A stretch of 64,000 nucleotides of DNA, taken from positions 85,054 to 149,053 of the IMG/VR virus record IMGVR_UViG_3300027861_000001, one strand, 5' to 3'. This stretch comes from a virus. The first letter of the stretch is position 1. Each line of letters begins with the position of its first letter. The position numbers were made by a program, and so were the translations under genes. Positions 1 to 9,470 of this stretch are shown piece after piece. The notes under the pieces were generated by a model that did not search any database, had not been told where the DNA came from, and saw only the letters and a list, made by a program, of their open reading frames with translations.

Positions 1-333
1 TGCTTGACAAATTACATTTGCTTCAGCGTGTACTGCTGGACAATGCTCCATCCCCTCTCCAGATGCGTATCCCATTTCTCTCCTAGGACAAATATCACTT
101 TGTTTTGTAGGTTTGTAATCACCCTTACTGTCTCTGTACTCACAATGAGTAATACCAGAAGCAGGTCCATTATACCCAGTAGAAACTATGTGATTGTCTT
201 TAACCGCAACAGCCCCTATTTTCCTAGATAAACACTTACTGTGCTCTGAAACTAAATTAGCTACCTTTAAAAAATGAATATCTAGTATTAACTGTCTTTG
301 TCTTTCTTCTGCTACTGTTCTGTTACTAGTCAC
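1..333 (-). CDS. dCMP deaminase (3' end runs off the window; missing from the ORF track)
   Basis: Manual translation from GTG at 333: MTSNRTVAEE...SKCLSRKIGAVAVKDNHIVSTGYNGPASGITHC...CPAVHAEANVICQA. Contains the S-x-C-x-x-R-x-I-G-A, TGYNG and HAExN motifs of dCMP deaminases. GGAG SD upstream. Confidence 0.92.
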   Translation of the reverse strand, partial: MTSNRTVAEERQRQLILDIHFLKVANLVSEHSKCLSRKIGAVAVKDNHIVSTGYNGPASGITHCEYRDSKGDYKPTKQSDICPRREMGYASGEGMEHCPAVHAEANVICQA

Positions 334-352
334 TTATTACCGTCTCCAATCA

Positions 353-2287
353 TTATTTTGGTATTAAATATAACTGTTGCCTATCTGTATTATCTTCGGG
401 GTGGTTTTCTCCACCCCACGCATCTTTAATTTCCAAATCCACTAATATAGGAACTTGTTTAAGGAATTTCCTTGCACCTTCAATCATGGTATCATTAACA
501 ATGCGAGCCGCTATTATTGCATTTTCTTCAGGAACCTCAACGCACACCTCATCATGAATTGTGTTTACAAGTCTACCACCAATTTTTTGTAGTGGATAGA
601 ACATTAGAATAATGGCTGTTTTCGTCATGTCAGCACTTGTACCTTGAATTGGATGATTTTTTCCAACTCTTATATAATAATTTTCCAACCTTCTACGCTC
701 TTTAAAGTCAATGTCCCTTTTACTAAGGTCTGGAAACCACCTACAACGCCCACCAACAGTTCTAGTTAATCCTTTCTCTAAAGCCTTATTACCTGCGTTA
801 GTTAAGTACTCAATCAGAACACTGTAAGTATTTTTATATCTTTCCAAATGTTCAGCAGCCACACTTAAACTACAACCTATTCTTTCGGACAAGGTTTTAA
901 CTTCCATTCCATAAATGATTCCAAAGTTCAAAGTTTTTGCTGCCCTACGAAGATCATCATCAACGTCCTCAGTATCATACATGTCTCTGGCTGTTGACCA
1001 ATGCAAGTCTTCACCTTTAGCAAGAGCAGCTAGCATTAATGGATCACCACTCAACTCAGCGGCTAATCTAAGCTCTATTTGAGAATAGTCAGCCACAATA
1101 AACTTACAACCTTTCTCTGGAACAAAACACGCTCTCAAGATTTTTCCGTCTTTTCCCTTCTTCTTTATATTCTGAAGATTTGGGTCTGAGCTGCTAAGTC
1201 TACCACTATCTGTCCCAGTTTGATGAAATCTGGCGTGTATCCTCCCATCTTTAGCAATGTGCCCAAGCAAGCTCTCTCCGAATGTCTTTTCAACCTGCTT
1301 AACTTCCCTATAATCAACCAAGCTTTTTATAATTTGTTTCTTTTTATCGTCATCACACATAGATATAGCATAAAGCAAAGTAGCGTTATTGGTCAATCCT
1401 TTTCTAGTTACTTTATTAGCTCTATTTAAGTCAATTCCTACCGCATCAAATGCTTCATTTACTTGTTGCCAACTATCTAGATTAAGAACTGGTGGTGGTT
1501 TAGGAACAGCGTTATTTTTGTACGGTGTTCCATCCTTCTTTATCCTCACAGGTTTTGGTGGAGGTGGTAATGGAGCAGGAAGCTCATCACGTAAGAACCG
1601 ACTCAAATTAAACACTCTCTCATTAATTTGTACTAATGTTTTTCTCCACTTAACAGCATCAAGCTTTATACCAGCAATCTCCATATGAGCAATAGGTTCT
1701 ATTAACCTAAACTCTAGGTTCGATATGGCAGTCATCTTAAACTCTTTTATATACCTTTGCTGATTCTTCATGATATCAATTAGATACCAAACATCCAGCG
1801 CGGAATACTCTAACTGCTCGTCAGTAAAAACACCATTCTCGTGGTCGAAGTCAACAAACGTTTGCCTTACCTGCTTATCAAGAGTAACATCACAATACTT
1901 CTTAACTAGCTGTAATAAGTTTGTGCGAACATTGTACATACCAGCATGTAGTAATTTCTCAGCAATTTGTGTATCATATATTCCCTTTACTGATATGCCA
2001 GCTTTAACATATAACATTTTGTAATCAAAATTTGCATTTTGAATAATTTTAGTATATGCTCTATCTTCTAACACTTCCTTAAGTGGGGATAAATCAACCT
2101 TCCTTGCATCAATTACGTATGCCACATCACCAACCAACAACTGAACAAGCAACAGTTTAACGTTATCATCTAAATAATCTAGTCCAGTAGTTTCTGTATC
2201 TAGAGGAATAAATTGTTGTTTCTTTGCTTCTTCAACTATATTAGGAACGTCTTCTTGTTTAATAATATATTTGTATATTAAGTCCAT
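353..2287 (-). CDS. polA: DNA polymerase family A with N-terminal 3'-5' exonuclease (no 5'-3' exonuclease domain)
   Basis: ExoI LDTETTGL, ExoII NANFD, ExoIII YSALD; TGTDSGRLSSSDPNLQNI; motif A ADYSQIELR; motif B RRAAKTLNFGIIYG; motif C NTIHDE. Confidence 0.97.
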   Translation of the reverse strand: MDLIYKYIIKQEDVPNIVEEAKKQQFIPLDTETTGLDYLDDNVKLLLVQLLVGDVAYVIDARKVDLSPLKEVLEDRAYTKIIQNANFDYKMLYVKAGISVKGIYDTQIAEKLLHAGMYNVRTNLLQLVKKYCDVTLDKQVRQTFVDFDHENGVFTDEQLEYSALDVWYLIDIMKNQQRYIKEFKMTAISNLEFRLIEPIAHMEIAGIKLDAVKWRKTLVQINERVFNLSRFLRDELPAPLPPPPKPVRIKKDGTPYKNNAVPKPPPVLNLDSWQQVNEAFDAVGIDLNRANKVTRKGLTNNATLLYAISMCDDDKKKQIIKSLVDYREVKQVEKTFGESLLGHIAKDGRIHARFHQTGTDSGRLSSSDPNLQNIKKKGKDGKILRACFVPEKGCKFIVADYSQIELRLAAELSGDPLMLAALAKGEDLHWSTARDMYDTEDVDDDLRRAAKTLNFGIIYGMEVKTLSERIGCSLSVAAEHLERYKNTYSVLIEYLTNAGNKALEKGLTRTVGGRCRWFPDLSKRDIDFKERRRLENYYIRVGKNHPIQGTSADMTKTAIILMFYPLQKIGGRLVNTIHDEVCVEVPEENAIIAARIVNDTMIEGARKFLKQVPILVDLEIKDAWGGENHPEDNTDRQQLYLIPK

Positions 2288-2709
2288 TAAAGTGTCCCAT
2301 CAGCACTAGTATATGTATAAGGCCCAGTTGTTGTTATAGTTGTCGTATCGTAAGTAGGGTTGCTTGTTGTAGCCCAAGAACTCCCACCGTCCGAATACGT
2401 ATACGGAATATTCCAAGCAGGTGTACTAGGATTAAGATTATCTTTTAGATGTTCTACTATTTGAATCAATGCAGCTTCTCTGCCTAACCCTTGTGCCATA
2501 AGAGCCTCAAACATTCCTTGAAGATTGTCATCTGAGAATATCTTCTCTTGCGTAAAACATTGAAATCTTTGATCACAAGTCTCACACAAACATTTTTTGG
2601 TTCCAGCTTTACTTTTGTGGTTTATCATTCTTTTCACACTCACAATTAGTACAAGAGTCAGCGTCTTCACTACACCCAAACGCCAAGTCAATATAGTTGT
2701 GTGCATCAA
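2287..2709 (-). CDS. Hypothetical protein with CxCxxC-xxRFxC motif and Thr/Tyr-rich tail (true start probably the internal MINHK)
   Basis: ORF abuts the polA start. CLCETCDQRFQCFT motif; low-complexity C-terminus. Confidence 0.55.
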   Translation of the reverse strand: MMHTTILTWRLGVVKTLTLVLIVSVKRMINHKSKAGTKKCLCETCDQRFQCFTQEKIFSDDNLQGMFEALMAQGLGREAALIQIVEHLKDNLNPSTPAWNIPYTYSDGGSSWATTSNPTYDTTTITTTGPYTYTSADGTL

Positions 2710-2977
2710 AAATAGTGTCTTTAACAGACTCGTTCTCAGGTGTTTTACCTTGACTTTTAAGATTGTTCCATCTATCCATCTTCAGCATCAATAAGAACAT
2801 TGCGCAATCTTGAGAACTTCGACGTGGATCGATGTCTAAAGTCTTACAAAGAACATGCATCCTCTTAAAGTTACTCAGAACATCTGTTGTCGCATAATCG
2901 TGACTCTTTCCTATTAATAATTTTTGTCTTTCCTTCTCAATATCTTTTACTAATTTCTCAAATTCCTTTCCTTCCAC
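2609..2977 (-). CDS. Small alpha-helical nucleotide-metabolism-associated protein (Nmad1/DUF1599-like, MazG-related fold)
   Basis: KSHDYA...SNF...LKMDRW...ESVKDTIFDAHNY pattern typical of this family. AGGAG SD. Confidence 0.65.
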   Translation of the reverse strand: MEGKEFEKLVKDIEKERQKLLIGKSHDYATTDVLSNFKRMHVLCKTLDIDPRRSSQDCAMFLLMLKMDRWNNLKSQGKTPENESVKDTIFDAHNYIDLAFGCSEDADSCTNCECEKNDKPQK

Positions 2978-2988
2978 TGCTAGTTCTC

Positions 2989-3327
2989 CTAATTATTTAT
3001 TACTGGTACTATGTTTGGTAAAAATATGCTGCTAACTTCTAGTGTAGGATGATAATCTTTACTTATAACCACCCTAAAGGACTGAACACCACGAAGCATA
3101 GACTCACCCGCAAATAAAAGTGTATTTTCTGGAGTACCATCACTTAAAAGCGTATATTCACCAAGTAAAGCGATGTTTCCCAAACCTTCTACCAGCTCGC
3201 TATTTATAACCACAGCGATTTTATCCAAGTCTGCCCATATCTCTATCAACTTAATGTCTTTAACCTCGTTATCATCAATAAAAACTTTTGTGTTTTGATA
3301 TGAACCATCACCTTTTATTATTAACAT
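2989..3327 (-). CDS. Hypothetical protein with an internal duplication (GDGSYQNTKV / SDGTPENTLL)
   Basis: ORF coupled to its neighbours; two similar beta-rich halves. Confidence 0.6.
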   Translation of the reverse strand: MLIIKGDGSYQNTKVFIDDNEVKDIKLIEIWADLDKIAVVINSELVEGLGNIALLGEYTLLSDGTPENTLLFAGESMLRGVQSFRVVISKDYHPTLEVSSIFLPNIVPVINN

Positions 3328-4262
3328 TACCTTGCCACCGAAATTAAAGTTGCAGACTTACTACCTTTTCTAACTCTATTGACAGCACCACAAGCTTCAC
3401 ATCTATATGTTTGATAAATATTAACTGTAGCCCTATACGGTTTAGTAAGTTCTGTCAGTTTCAAACCACCACAATTAGCACAAACTTTCTCATCCGTGTC
3501 TAGGTACATTCCCATATTAGGGTGACTCTTAACCCAAGGACGTAATTTTATGTATACTTCCTCTAGTAGTTGAACATCTTGCCTATTATATACAACCATA
3601 TTATCAAGAGACTCTTGGTCACCATTCATACATCCAGACCACAGCGCAAAAGAAGTTTTTATCTTGCTGTCACCAACAAGTTGAAACCCTAACCAATCTA
3701 GTTTGCGACTCGTAAAGTACATTTTTTTAGTCACTTTTAGTGTGTCTATGCTCTGGTACGGTGATGGAGGTAGCATATCGTACATCATGAACCTTCCGTT
3801 CACCCAAGGTAAATCAAAGTTATCTCCATTGTGTGATATTATAATATCTGCCTCGTCAATCAGCTCCCACAATGCTTTCACAACTTGTTTGTCGTTACCA
3901 GCTTTAGCATCCTTTGGTGATATACAAGCACTCATTACTGTGTCACTGAACAACCACTTCGCAGACCAACATATAATGTACGCCGGTCTAACAATTTGGT
4001 CAATACTAATGTTCTGTTTAAACAACCCCCAAGAATAAACTACGTTCGGGGCTGTCTCTATGTCAAATACCAGAATTTTAGCTTCTTTTTTCTCTGTTAA
4101 GGTCGTCATCAACCTAGTTATTTTGTTGTGAACAGCGTCCCTAGAGAAATTTTCCGAAAATTCGTTAGTCATCATTTCAGCAATTTTTGATTCGCTGAAA
4201 CGTTGCTCATCAGCATGTAGGCTAACAAGCTTACTTACTTTTGGTTGTGTCCAATCAATCAT
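3327..4262 (-). CDS. DEDDy/RNase H-like 3'-5' exonuclease (YprB/RNase_H_2-like) with C-terminal Zn ribbon
   Basis: FDIET, HNGDNFD, YNRQDV motifs; CANCG...CEACG Zn ribbon. Confidence 0.85.
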   Translation of the reverse strand: MIDWTQPKVSKLVSLHADEQRFSESKIAEMMTNEFSENFSRDAVHNKITRLMTTLTEKKEAKILVFDIETAPNVVYSWGLFKQNISIDQIVRPAYIICWSAKWLFSDTVMSACISPKDAKAGNDKQVVKALWELIDEADIIISHNGDNFDLPWVNGRFMMYDMLPPSPYQSIDTLKVTKKMYFTSRKLDWLGFQLVGDSKIKTSFALWSGCMNGDQESLDNMVVYNRQDVQLLEEVYIKLRPWVKSHPNMGMYLDTDEKVCANCGGLKLTELTKPYRATVNIYQTYRCEACGAVNRVRKGSKSATLISVAR

Positions 4263-4271
4263 GTTTTCTCC

Positions 4272-4910
4272 TTACAACTCTCTTGCCCAATCCCAAGCAT
4301 ATTCGTATAAATGTAATCCTTTACTAGTTGCTATCAGTTCACCATCATCAACACCTATAGCTTTTGCCATAGACTCTTTTAGCAACTGTAATCCACCTAG
4401 GTTCACAGGGAATCCTCCCCACAAATCCCATGAACGAAAATAAACAAAAAAGTTCAACTTACCTTCTTTTATTCTTGTATCAACAACACGCAGACATGGT
4501 GGATGTTCTTGATAAATAGAACCAACATCACCAATGTTCATCGTAAGTTGATTACACTCATGCCCGTCTCTGTCATACCTTAACAACACTTCAGTAAGTT
4601 GAGGAACCAAGTATTGCCCATAAGTATAAATCTCATTTGCTTCTAAGCAATTCCTAAGAAGCTCTTCACTGTGGTAATGTTCAATTTCCTTATCAGTGCA
4701 AGGGCTTGGAATTCCGTCTGGAATATCTGGTGCTAATGGTTTTGTAGATGGTTGTTTAATTTGAACAGTTACAAAATCAAATTCCAATCTTCTTGTCCCT
4801 TCAAAACTCCCCTTATCAATAGTGTATATATTTCCTTTCTTTAAAATCTCTCTGTTGCACAGAAAGAACGCTTCCGACAAGTCTCTTGCTTCAATTGTTG
4901 TTATGTTCAC
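4272..4910 (-). CDS. thyA: Thymidylate synthase, short archaeal-type ThyA
   Basis: Catalytic PPC; FRSWDLWGGFPVN (Asn at the dUMP-specificity position); HLY motif. Confidence 0.9.
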   Translation of the reverse strand: MNITTIEARDLSEAFFLCNREILKKGNIYTIDKGSFEGTRRLEFDFVTVQIKQPSTKPLAPDIPDGIPSPCTDKEIEHYHSEELLRNCLEANEIYTYGQYLVPQLTEVLLRYDRDGHECNQLTMNIGDVGSIYQEHPPCLRVVDTRIKEGKLNFFVYFRSWDLWGGFPVNLGGLQLLKESMAKAIGVDDGELIATSKGLHLYEYAWDWAREL

Positions 4911-5416
4911 TACTTATTCTTTCCTTTTTTAAGTCTATCATTTTCTGCTTGTAAAGCAAAAATTTGATCTTTTAGCTCCTTGTTTTCCATAGCTACTTGT
5001 GTAGCGTTTGAAATAAGACCATCTACTCTTTTGTAATCTATATACAAATCATTTACTTCTTCTAATAGTGTAGACATTACCTCGAACGGGATTATAAGGT
5101 ACTTTTCGTTGGTAAACTTAAGTTTCATTGCCCAAAACGGAAGAAACTCCATTTGTTTAGATTGCTCTTTGTGCTTATCGAACCATTCTCTTTTTAAGGT
5201 CATTGATTTGGCTCTTGCGTCTGGTCTAGAGTAACCGTGTTTACACTCACCAACCATTAATTTTGATAACCACGGAAAGTCCCATCTACAATCTCCAGCC
5301 AACCTAGTTATCCCCTCAGTAGTACCATAAGCTCCTGACCTAGGAACTCTCTTTCCATAACTACCAGCTAAATCAGCTGTTTCTCTTTCGAACTCTTGTC
5401 CTTTTTTGGTTGCCAT
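4910..5416 (-). CDS. Holliday junction resolvase, Hjc-like PD-(D/E)xK nuclease, with C-terminal coiled coil
   Basis: KGQEFERE, RVPRSGA, GD...ECK motifs; located in the replication operon. Confidence 0.8.
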   Translation of the reverse strand: MATKKGQEFERETADLAGSYGKRVPRSGAYGTTEGITRLAGDCRWDFPWLSKLMVGECKHGYSRPDARAKSMTLKREWFDKHKEQSKQMEFLPFWAMKLKFTNEKYLIIPFEVMSTLLEEVNDLYIDYKRVDGLISNATQVAMENKELKDQIFALQAENDRLKKGKNK

Positions 5417-5430
5417 AAACTCCTCACTTA

Positions 5431-6948
5431 CTAAGTCGCACTACTGAATCCACCATTATGCTTTTTAATCCCTTCCACTGTGTTCTTCTCAACATTTTCA
5501 TACTCATCAGTAGCTTCGTCTAAAAAGTCTTCTACATCTTCCTCTGGAGGATCAGTCTCAGAAAATTTCAAACAAACTTCATCAAAATTAAGCTCCACTT
5601 TGTCTGTTGTCTTACCACCTCTGTTCTTGGCAATTGAGTACCACCCAATATTTCTTTCTCTTAATTTTGTAGTACTGTTTCTGTGAAGTAGAACAACAGC
5701 ATCAGCTTTGTTTTCAATGTCTCCGCTCTCTTTTAGATCATGTAATTCCGGTTCAGCACTTTCTGTTCTTCTTAACTGGCTAACTACAATGAAAGCAATG
5801 TTATTAGCTTTAGCAAAAGAAAAGAACTTGTTGACTATATCTGTTATAGCTTTTCTTGTGTCCCCAAAATATTTCAAAGTTTGAAGATAATCAACCACGA
5901 CAACATCAACAGGGTGATTTAACATGTGTCGTTTAACACTGTTAACTATAAAATTACACGTCTGGTCACCCCTATCTTCTATCCATAAACCATCTGGTAC
6001 TTCACTTATGAACATTTGTTGTGTATTAGCAATCTTCTTCAGTTCATGGTTAGTAACAAGTGCTTTTTTCCAATCGTCTATTGATACACCCGCCTCAGCG
6101 CAAACTAGACGGTCAATGTACTGACCTTTTGTCATTTCTGGAGTAAAAACAAGAACTTTATCACCGTTTAAAATAAAATTAGTTACCATATTAGAAACCA
6201 TAATTGACTTGCCTATATTAGTCTTAGCACCTAGTACCGTCAATTTCTGTTTACAAATCGCATCGTTCTTATCCAACCAGTAAAATCCTGACTTAACACC
6301 TTTATATTTAATTGGGTTTTCCTTCCTGTCCTTAAATCTATCATAAGCATCTGCCAATAAGGTATCTAACCTAACCAACCCATGAGTACTTAAAGTATTA
6401 TCTAAAAGAACATTCTGCATCTGTGAAACTACCTCAATCAATTTAGTTTCATCAAAGCGTTTAGTTGTTTGTATTTTACTCGCTGCGTCTTTAAACTTGT
6501 TTAGTCTGTATCGTTCGAAAACTAATTTTACATACTCTTCCGTAATTTGTAGGCTAATGATACCTTCTGCTGCATGGAGTAGCTTCATTATGGTAGCTGG
6601 ACCTCCAATATAATCAATAACCTGTGTACCATCTGGCATTGGGTCTTGCTTCTCAATCTCGTCTACTACTAACTCGTAAGTACAAACCCTTCTGGTCATA
6701 CGAACGTTAGTTAAAATAGGAAAAATGATTCGATTTCTTTTCAGCGAAAAGTGTTCCTCAGTAAGTCCACTCTTTACTATTAAAGAAGCACAATCATCGT
6801 CCTGCATAAATATGCCAAGAACTGCATTCTCTGCGTCTTGATAAGATACAGAAACAACTTCTTCGTCTTCGTTTTCTATAGAAACAATGTCAGCTTGCGG
6901 TTCTGGATTATTAGCAAAGTCACTAAAACTACTACCTTCTCTTTCCAT
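5431..6948 (-). CDS. dnaB: Replicative DnaB-like SF4 helicase
   Basis: AENAVLG N-terminal domain; Walker A GAKTNIGKS; VVVDYLQ; VSQLRR; DLKESGDIENKADAV; IAKNRGG. Confidence 0.95.
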   Translation of the reverse strand: MEREGSSFSDFANNPEPQADIVSIENEDEEVVSVSYQDAENAVLGIFMQDDDCASLIVKSGLTEEHFSLKRNRIIFPILTNVRMTRRVCTYELVVDEIEKQDPMPDGTQVIDYIGGPATIMKLLHAAEGIISLQITEEYVKLVFERYRLNKFKDAASKIQTTKRFDETKLIEVVSQMQNVLLDNTLSTHGLVRLDTLLADAYDRFKDRKENPIKYKGVKSGFYWLDKNDAICKQKLTVLGAKTNIGKSIMVSNMVTNFILNGDKVLVFTPEMTKGQYIDRLVCAEAGVSIDDWKKALVTNHELKKIANTQQMFISEVPDGLWIEDRGDQTCNFIVNSVKRHMLNHPVDVVVVDYLQTLKYFGDTRKAITDIVNKFFSFAKANNIAFIVVSQLRRTESAEPELHDLKESGDIENKADAVVLLHRNSTTKLRERNIGWYSIAKNRGGKTTDKVELNFDEVCLKFSETDPPEEDVEDFLDEATDEYENVEKNTVEGIKKHNGGFSSAT

Positions 6949-8968
6949 AAATTCTCTTATCCTCTATCCTTAAATAATCCTCTACGTTTAAGGCTCCTTT
7001 TACCGCAATTTCAAACTTTCGAAGACCTTCTACCTCAAGAAAAGTATCAAGGTCTGTTTTATCAGCACCACGTAAAGGTAGAAAAGCAACTTTCAAGTTC
7101 TTTATTACCTCACCTATAGAACGAGCCATAATAAATCCTGGCTTTCTTTTACCTGGTGATGCTTCATTGTCTGGAATTAAAATTACCTCTTTACCTTTTA
7201 ACTCTTCTACCCATCGATCATCCCATCTACCAATACCTGCGGTAGCAACACATGGAAATCCGTTCTGAACAGCTGCCATAGCTTTGAACTCACCCTCAGT
7301 TATAAGAACTGTGCTGCTATTTTTTATAACGTCATGGTTGAACAAAAAATTAGCTCCTCTAGCAGAGTAGTTGCCAGACAAGCTTAAGTACTTTGGTGTA
7401 TTCGTTTTGTAAGAAAAAAGTGTCTCCAACATTCTACCTCTTATATCAGTAACTTCATCACCTACTATATAAGGAATAGTTACACGATTAGAGAGTAGTG
7501 GATACTGTTGAGAAATAACACCCGCATCACTGGCAATCGAATTAGCATACTCACTATAATAATCTGCTGAACAGAAACCAATCCTAAAGTCATTTAAGGT
7601 TTTTTCCTTAAATCCTCTAGCTTTTAAGTACTCCAAAGCAACAGGTAAGTTACTGTGGAACTTATCTGTTAACTCTTTATAAAACTCTCTTATTTTTGGT
7701 ACGTCAAGAACCTTCTGTTCAACTTCTTTTACTACATAACCTTCTTCTGGTATTATTCTCCCCTTACCGTTATAACAATGCCAACAGTTGTGTACAAGTA
7801 CACCATTAACCGTATATTTATGTGAGTCCTCAATAGCCAAGTCATAGAAGTAGTCTTCACAATCTTCTAAAACTACAGTATCTACTTTTATACCATTAAA
7901 CCAAGTATTTAAGCGTCTTGATATGCTGTAAGTGCTATTATTACTACACGCATCAGAAATCCAATTAATATATGTAGGTTTTTTTGTGTCTTTATAATAA
8001 TTTTTAGCAAGATAACCCGAACAACTGTACCCACAATATGAAGCTATTTCCTTTACTTGCATACACAATATTTCTGATGTTTGCCCTAGTCTATTGGATT
8101 TAACGCTATCGTTAGACGTATTATAACCGTCACCATCAAGAATACCTTTTAACAATATTTTAGCTCTATTTATAGGTAATGTCATTAATCCTAGTGGTAT
8201 TTTTTTATTAGTACAACCATACCCAAACATTGAACCAAACAAGTAGGACAAATAAACACTACTTATAGTTACTTTAGTGCAAGTTTTAGTTTTACTCATA
8301 TATCTCCTAGGAGAAAAACCTTTTCTTGAAAAATAGTCTTCTACAAATTTTATATAATCCTTTTCATTAGAGTTAAAAGCAAAACTTATTTGCCCGTAAG
8401 ACGCACTACCTTCAGCAATATACAACCCTGACACTCTTAAGAACTCGTCGTCAGTATCAACTACAAAATATTTTACTATGTCACCAAAATATTTACTCAA
8501 TAATGAAGCATCTACCACGATTTCTCTACGATCTTGTAAGTCATTTATAACTGGATATACGAGTATGTCACCTTTTTTTAACTCTTCCGCACATTTTTCT
8601 TTTATATCAGTACCGTCTTGAACATACAGTATATGATCAGGAGTACATATTATCGGTCTAGTCAATTGTTTAGAAATTATGGTAGCTTTTTTGTATACTT
8701 TATTCTTGAATGTTTTTACTACCTTATTAAACTTACCAAATTCGGACAAAACCATGTCACCTTCGAGTACAGTATCTATGGTTTTATATCCTTCTCTAGT
8801 AAGTATCAAACTTGATTTATCAAAGCAACGCCAAACTAGTTTTTCTGTGTTGAAGTTAGCATCAGAACAACCGCAACAAGGACAAACACCTAAAAATTCT
8901 CCTCTATGCCGTTGCTTAATGACAAGGTCATCTACCATGCTCATTCGTACGTTCACGTGCCCTTCCAT
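6932..8968 (-). CDS. dnaG: DnaG-type DNA primase interrupted by an intein
   Basis: Zn-binding CPCC...CWHC; YLKARGF; NRVTIP; IRGR; PKYLS; TOPRIM ITEGEFKA and IPDNE. Confidence 0.93.
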   Translation of the reverse strand: MEGHVNVRMSMVDDLVIKQRHRGEFLGVCPCCGCSDANFNTEKLVWRCFDKSSLILTREGYKTIDTVLEGDMVLSEFGKFNKVVKTFKNKVYKKATIISKQLTRPIICTPDHILYVQDGTDIKEKCAEELKKGDILVYPVINDLQDRREIVVDASLLSKYFGDIVKYFVVDTDDEFLRVSGLYIAEGSASYGQISFAFNSNEKDYIKFVEDYFSRKGFSPRRYMSKTKTCTKVTISSVYLSYLFGSMFGYGCTNKKIPLGLMTLPINRAKILLKGILDGDGYNTSNDSVKSNRLGQTSEILCMQVKEIASYCGYSCSGYLAKNYYKDTKKPTYINWISDACSNNSTYSISRRLNTWFNGIKVDTVVLEDCEDYFYDLAIEDSHKYTVNGVLVHNCWHCYNGKGRIIPEEGYVVKEVEQKVLDVPKIREFYKELTDKFHSNLPVALEYLKARGFKEKTLNDFRIGFCSADYYSEYANSIASDAGVISQQYPLLSNRVTIPYIVGDEVTDIRGRMLETLFSYKTNTPKYLSLSGNYSARGANFLFNHDVIKNSSTVLITEGEFKAMAAVQNGFPCVATAGIGRWDDRWVEELKGKEVILIPDNEASPGKRKPGFIMARSIGEVIKNLKVAFLPLRGADKTDLDTFLEVEGLRKFEIAVKGALNVEDYLRIEDKRIYGKRR
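7787..8827 (-). mobile_element. Intein (347 aa) with LAGLIDADG homing endonuclease, inside the primase Zn-binding domain
   Basis: Begins CFDKSSLILT (Cys1 codon 8825-8827); block B CTPDH; LAGLIDADG blocks GLYIAEGS and KGILDGDG; block F YFYDLAI; ends VLVHN (7787-7789) followed by +1 Cys. Confidence 0.95.
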
Positions 8969-9470
8969 TCCTTTCCTCTTTTATCTTTCTCTGCTTTTGA
9001 CATGTAGTGCATATTCCTGTCTTGTTTGTTTTCCTTATTTTCTCACCACATATAGAACAAGCAGAACTTTTAAAGTTATATGGTCTAAGACTTTCAACCA
9101 ACTCTAGCGAAGCAGGTTTTCCTCTTTTTTGCTTAGGTTCTGTATGATAAGTTCTTTGTTGAATTTGGGCTAATACACGATTCTTTAGGTTCTTTAAAAA
9201 GATACTCTTTAGCGCAAACTTATTAAACCTATTACGTTCTGGAATAGCCCACAAGTCCAACAAAGCCTCAAAAACATCCATAGTGCTTGTAGCTTTCATA
9301 GCATCTCGTATTTCTTTGTCAGTGAAATACACATCTACCATCTCGATGAAACATTGCTGCCATCGCTTAACAAACTCTTGTTTAACTGGAGCTTTTAGAG
9401 AACTCCAATCATCGCTTTCTTTTAACCTAGACCACCACCAAAGTAATCTTTGATCACTCCTAGCGTTCAC
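8928..9470 (-). CDS. Hypothetical replication-region protein with C-terminal Zn finger
   Basis: CSICG...CTTC; lies between SSB and primase. Confidence 0.65.
   Translation of the reverse strand: MNARSDQRLLWWWSRLKESDDWSSLKAPVKQEFVKRWQQCFIEMVDVYFTDKEIRDAMKATSTMDVFEALLDLWAIPERNRFNKFALKSIFLKNLKNRVLAQIQQRTYHTEPKQKRGKPASLELVESLRPYNFKSSACSICGEKIRKTNKTGICTTCQKQRKIKEERNGRARERTNEHGR

Noticed and set aside
4272-4910. ThyA homologue as a dCMP hydroxymethylase (T4-like glucosyl-hmC)
   Set aside because: The specificity position is Asn (dUMP type), not Asp.
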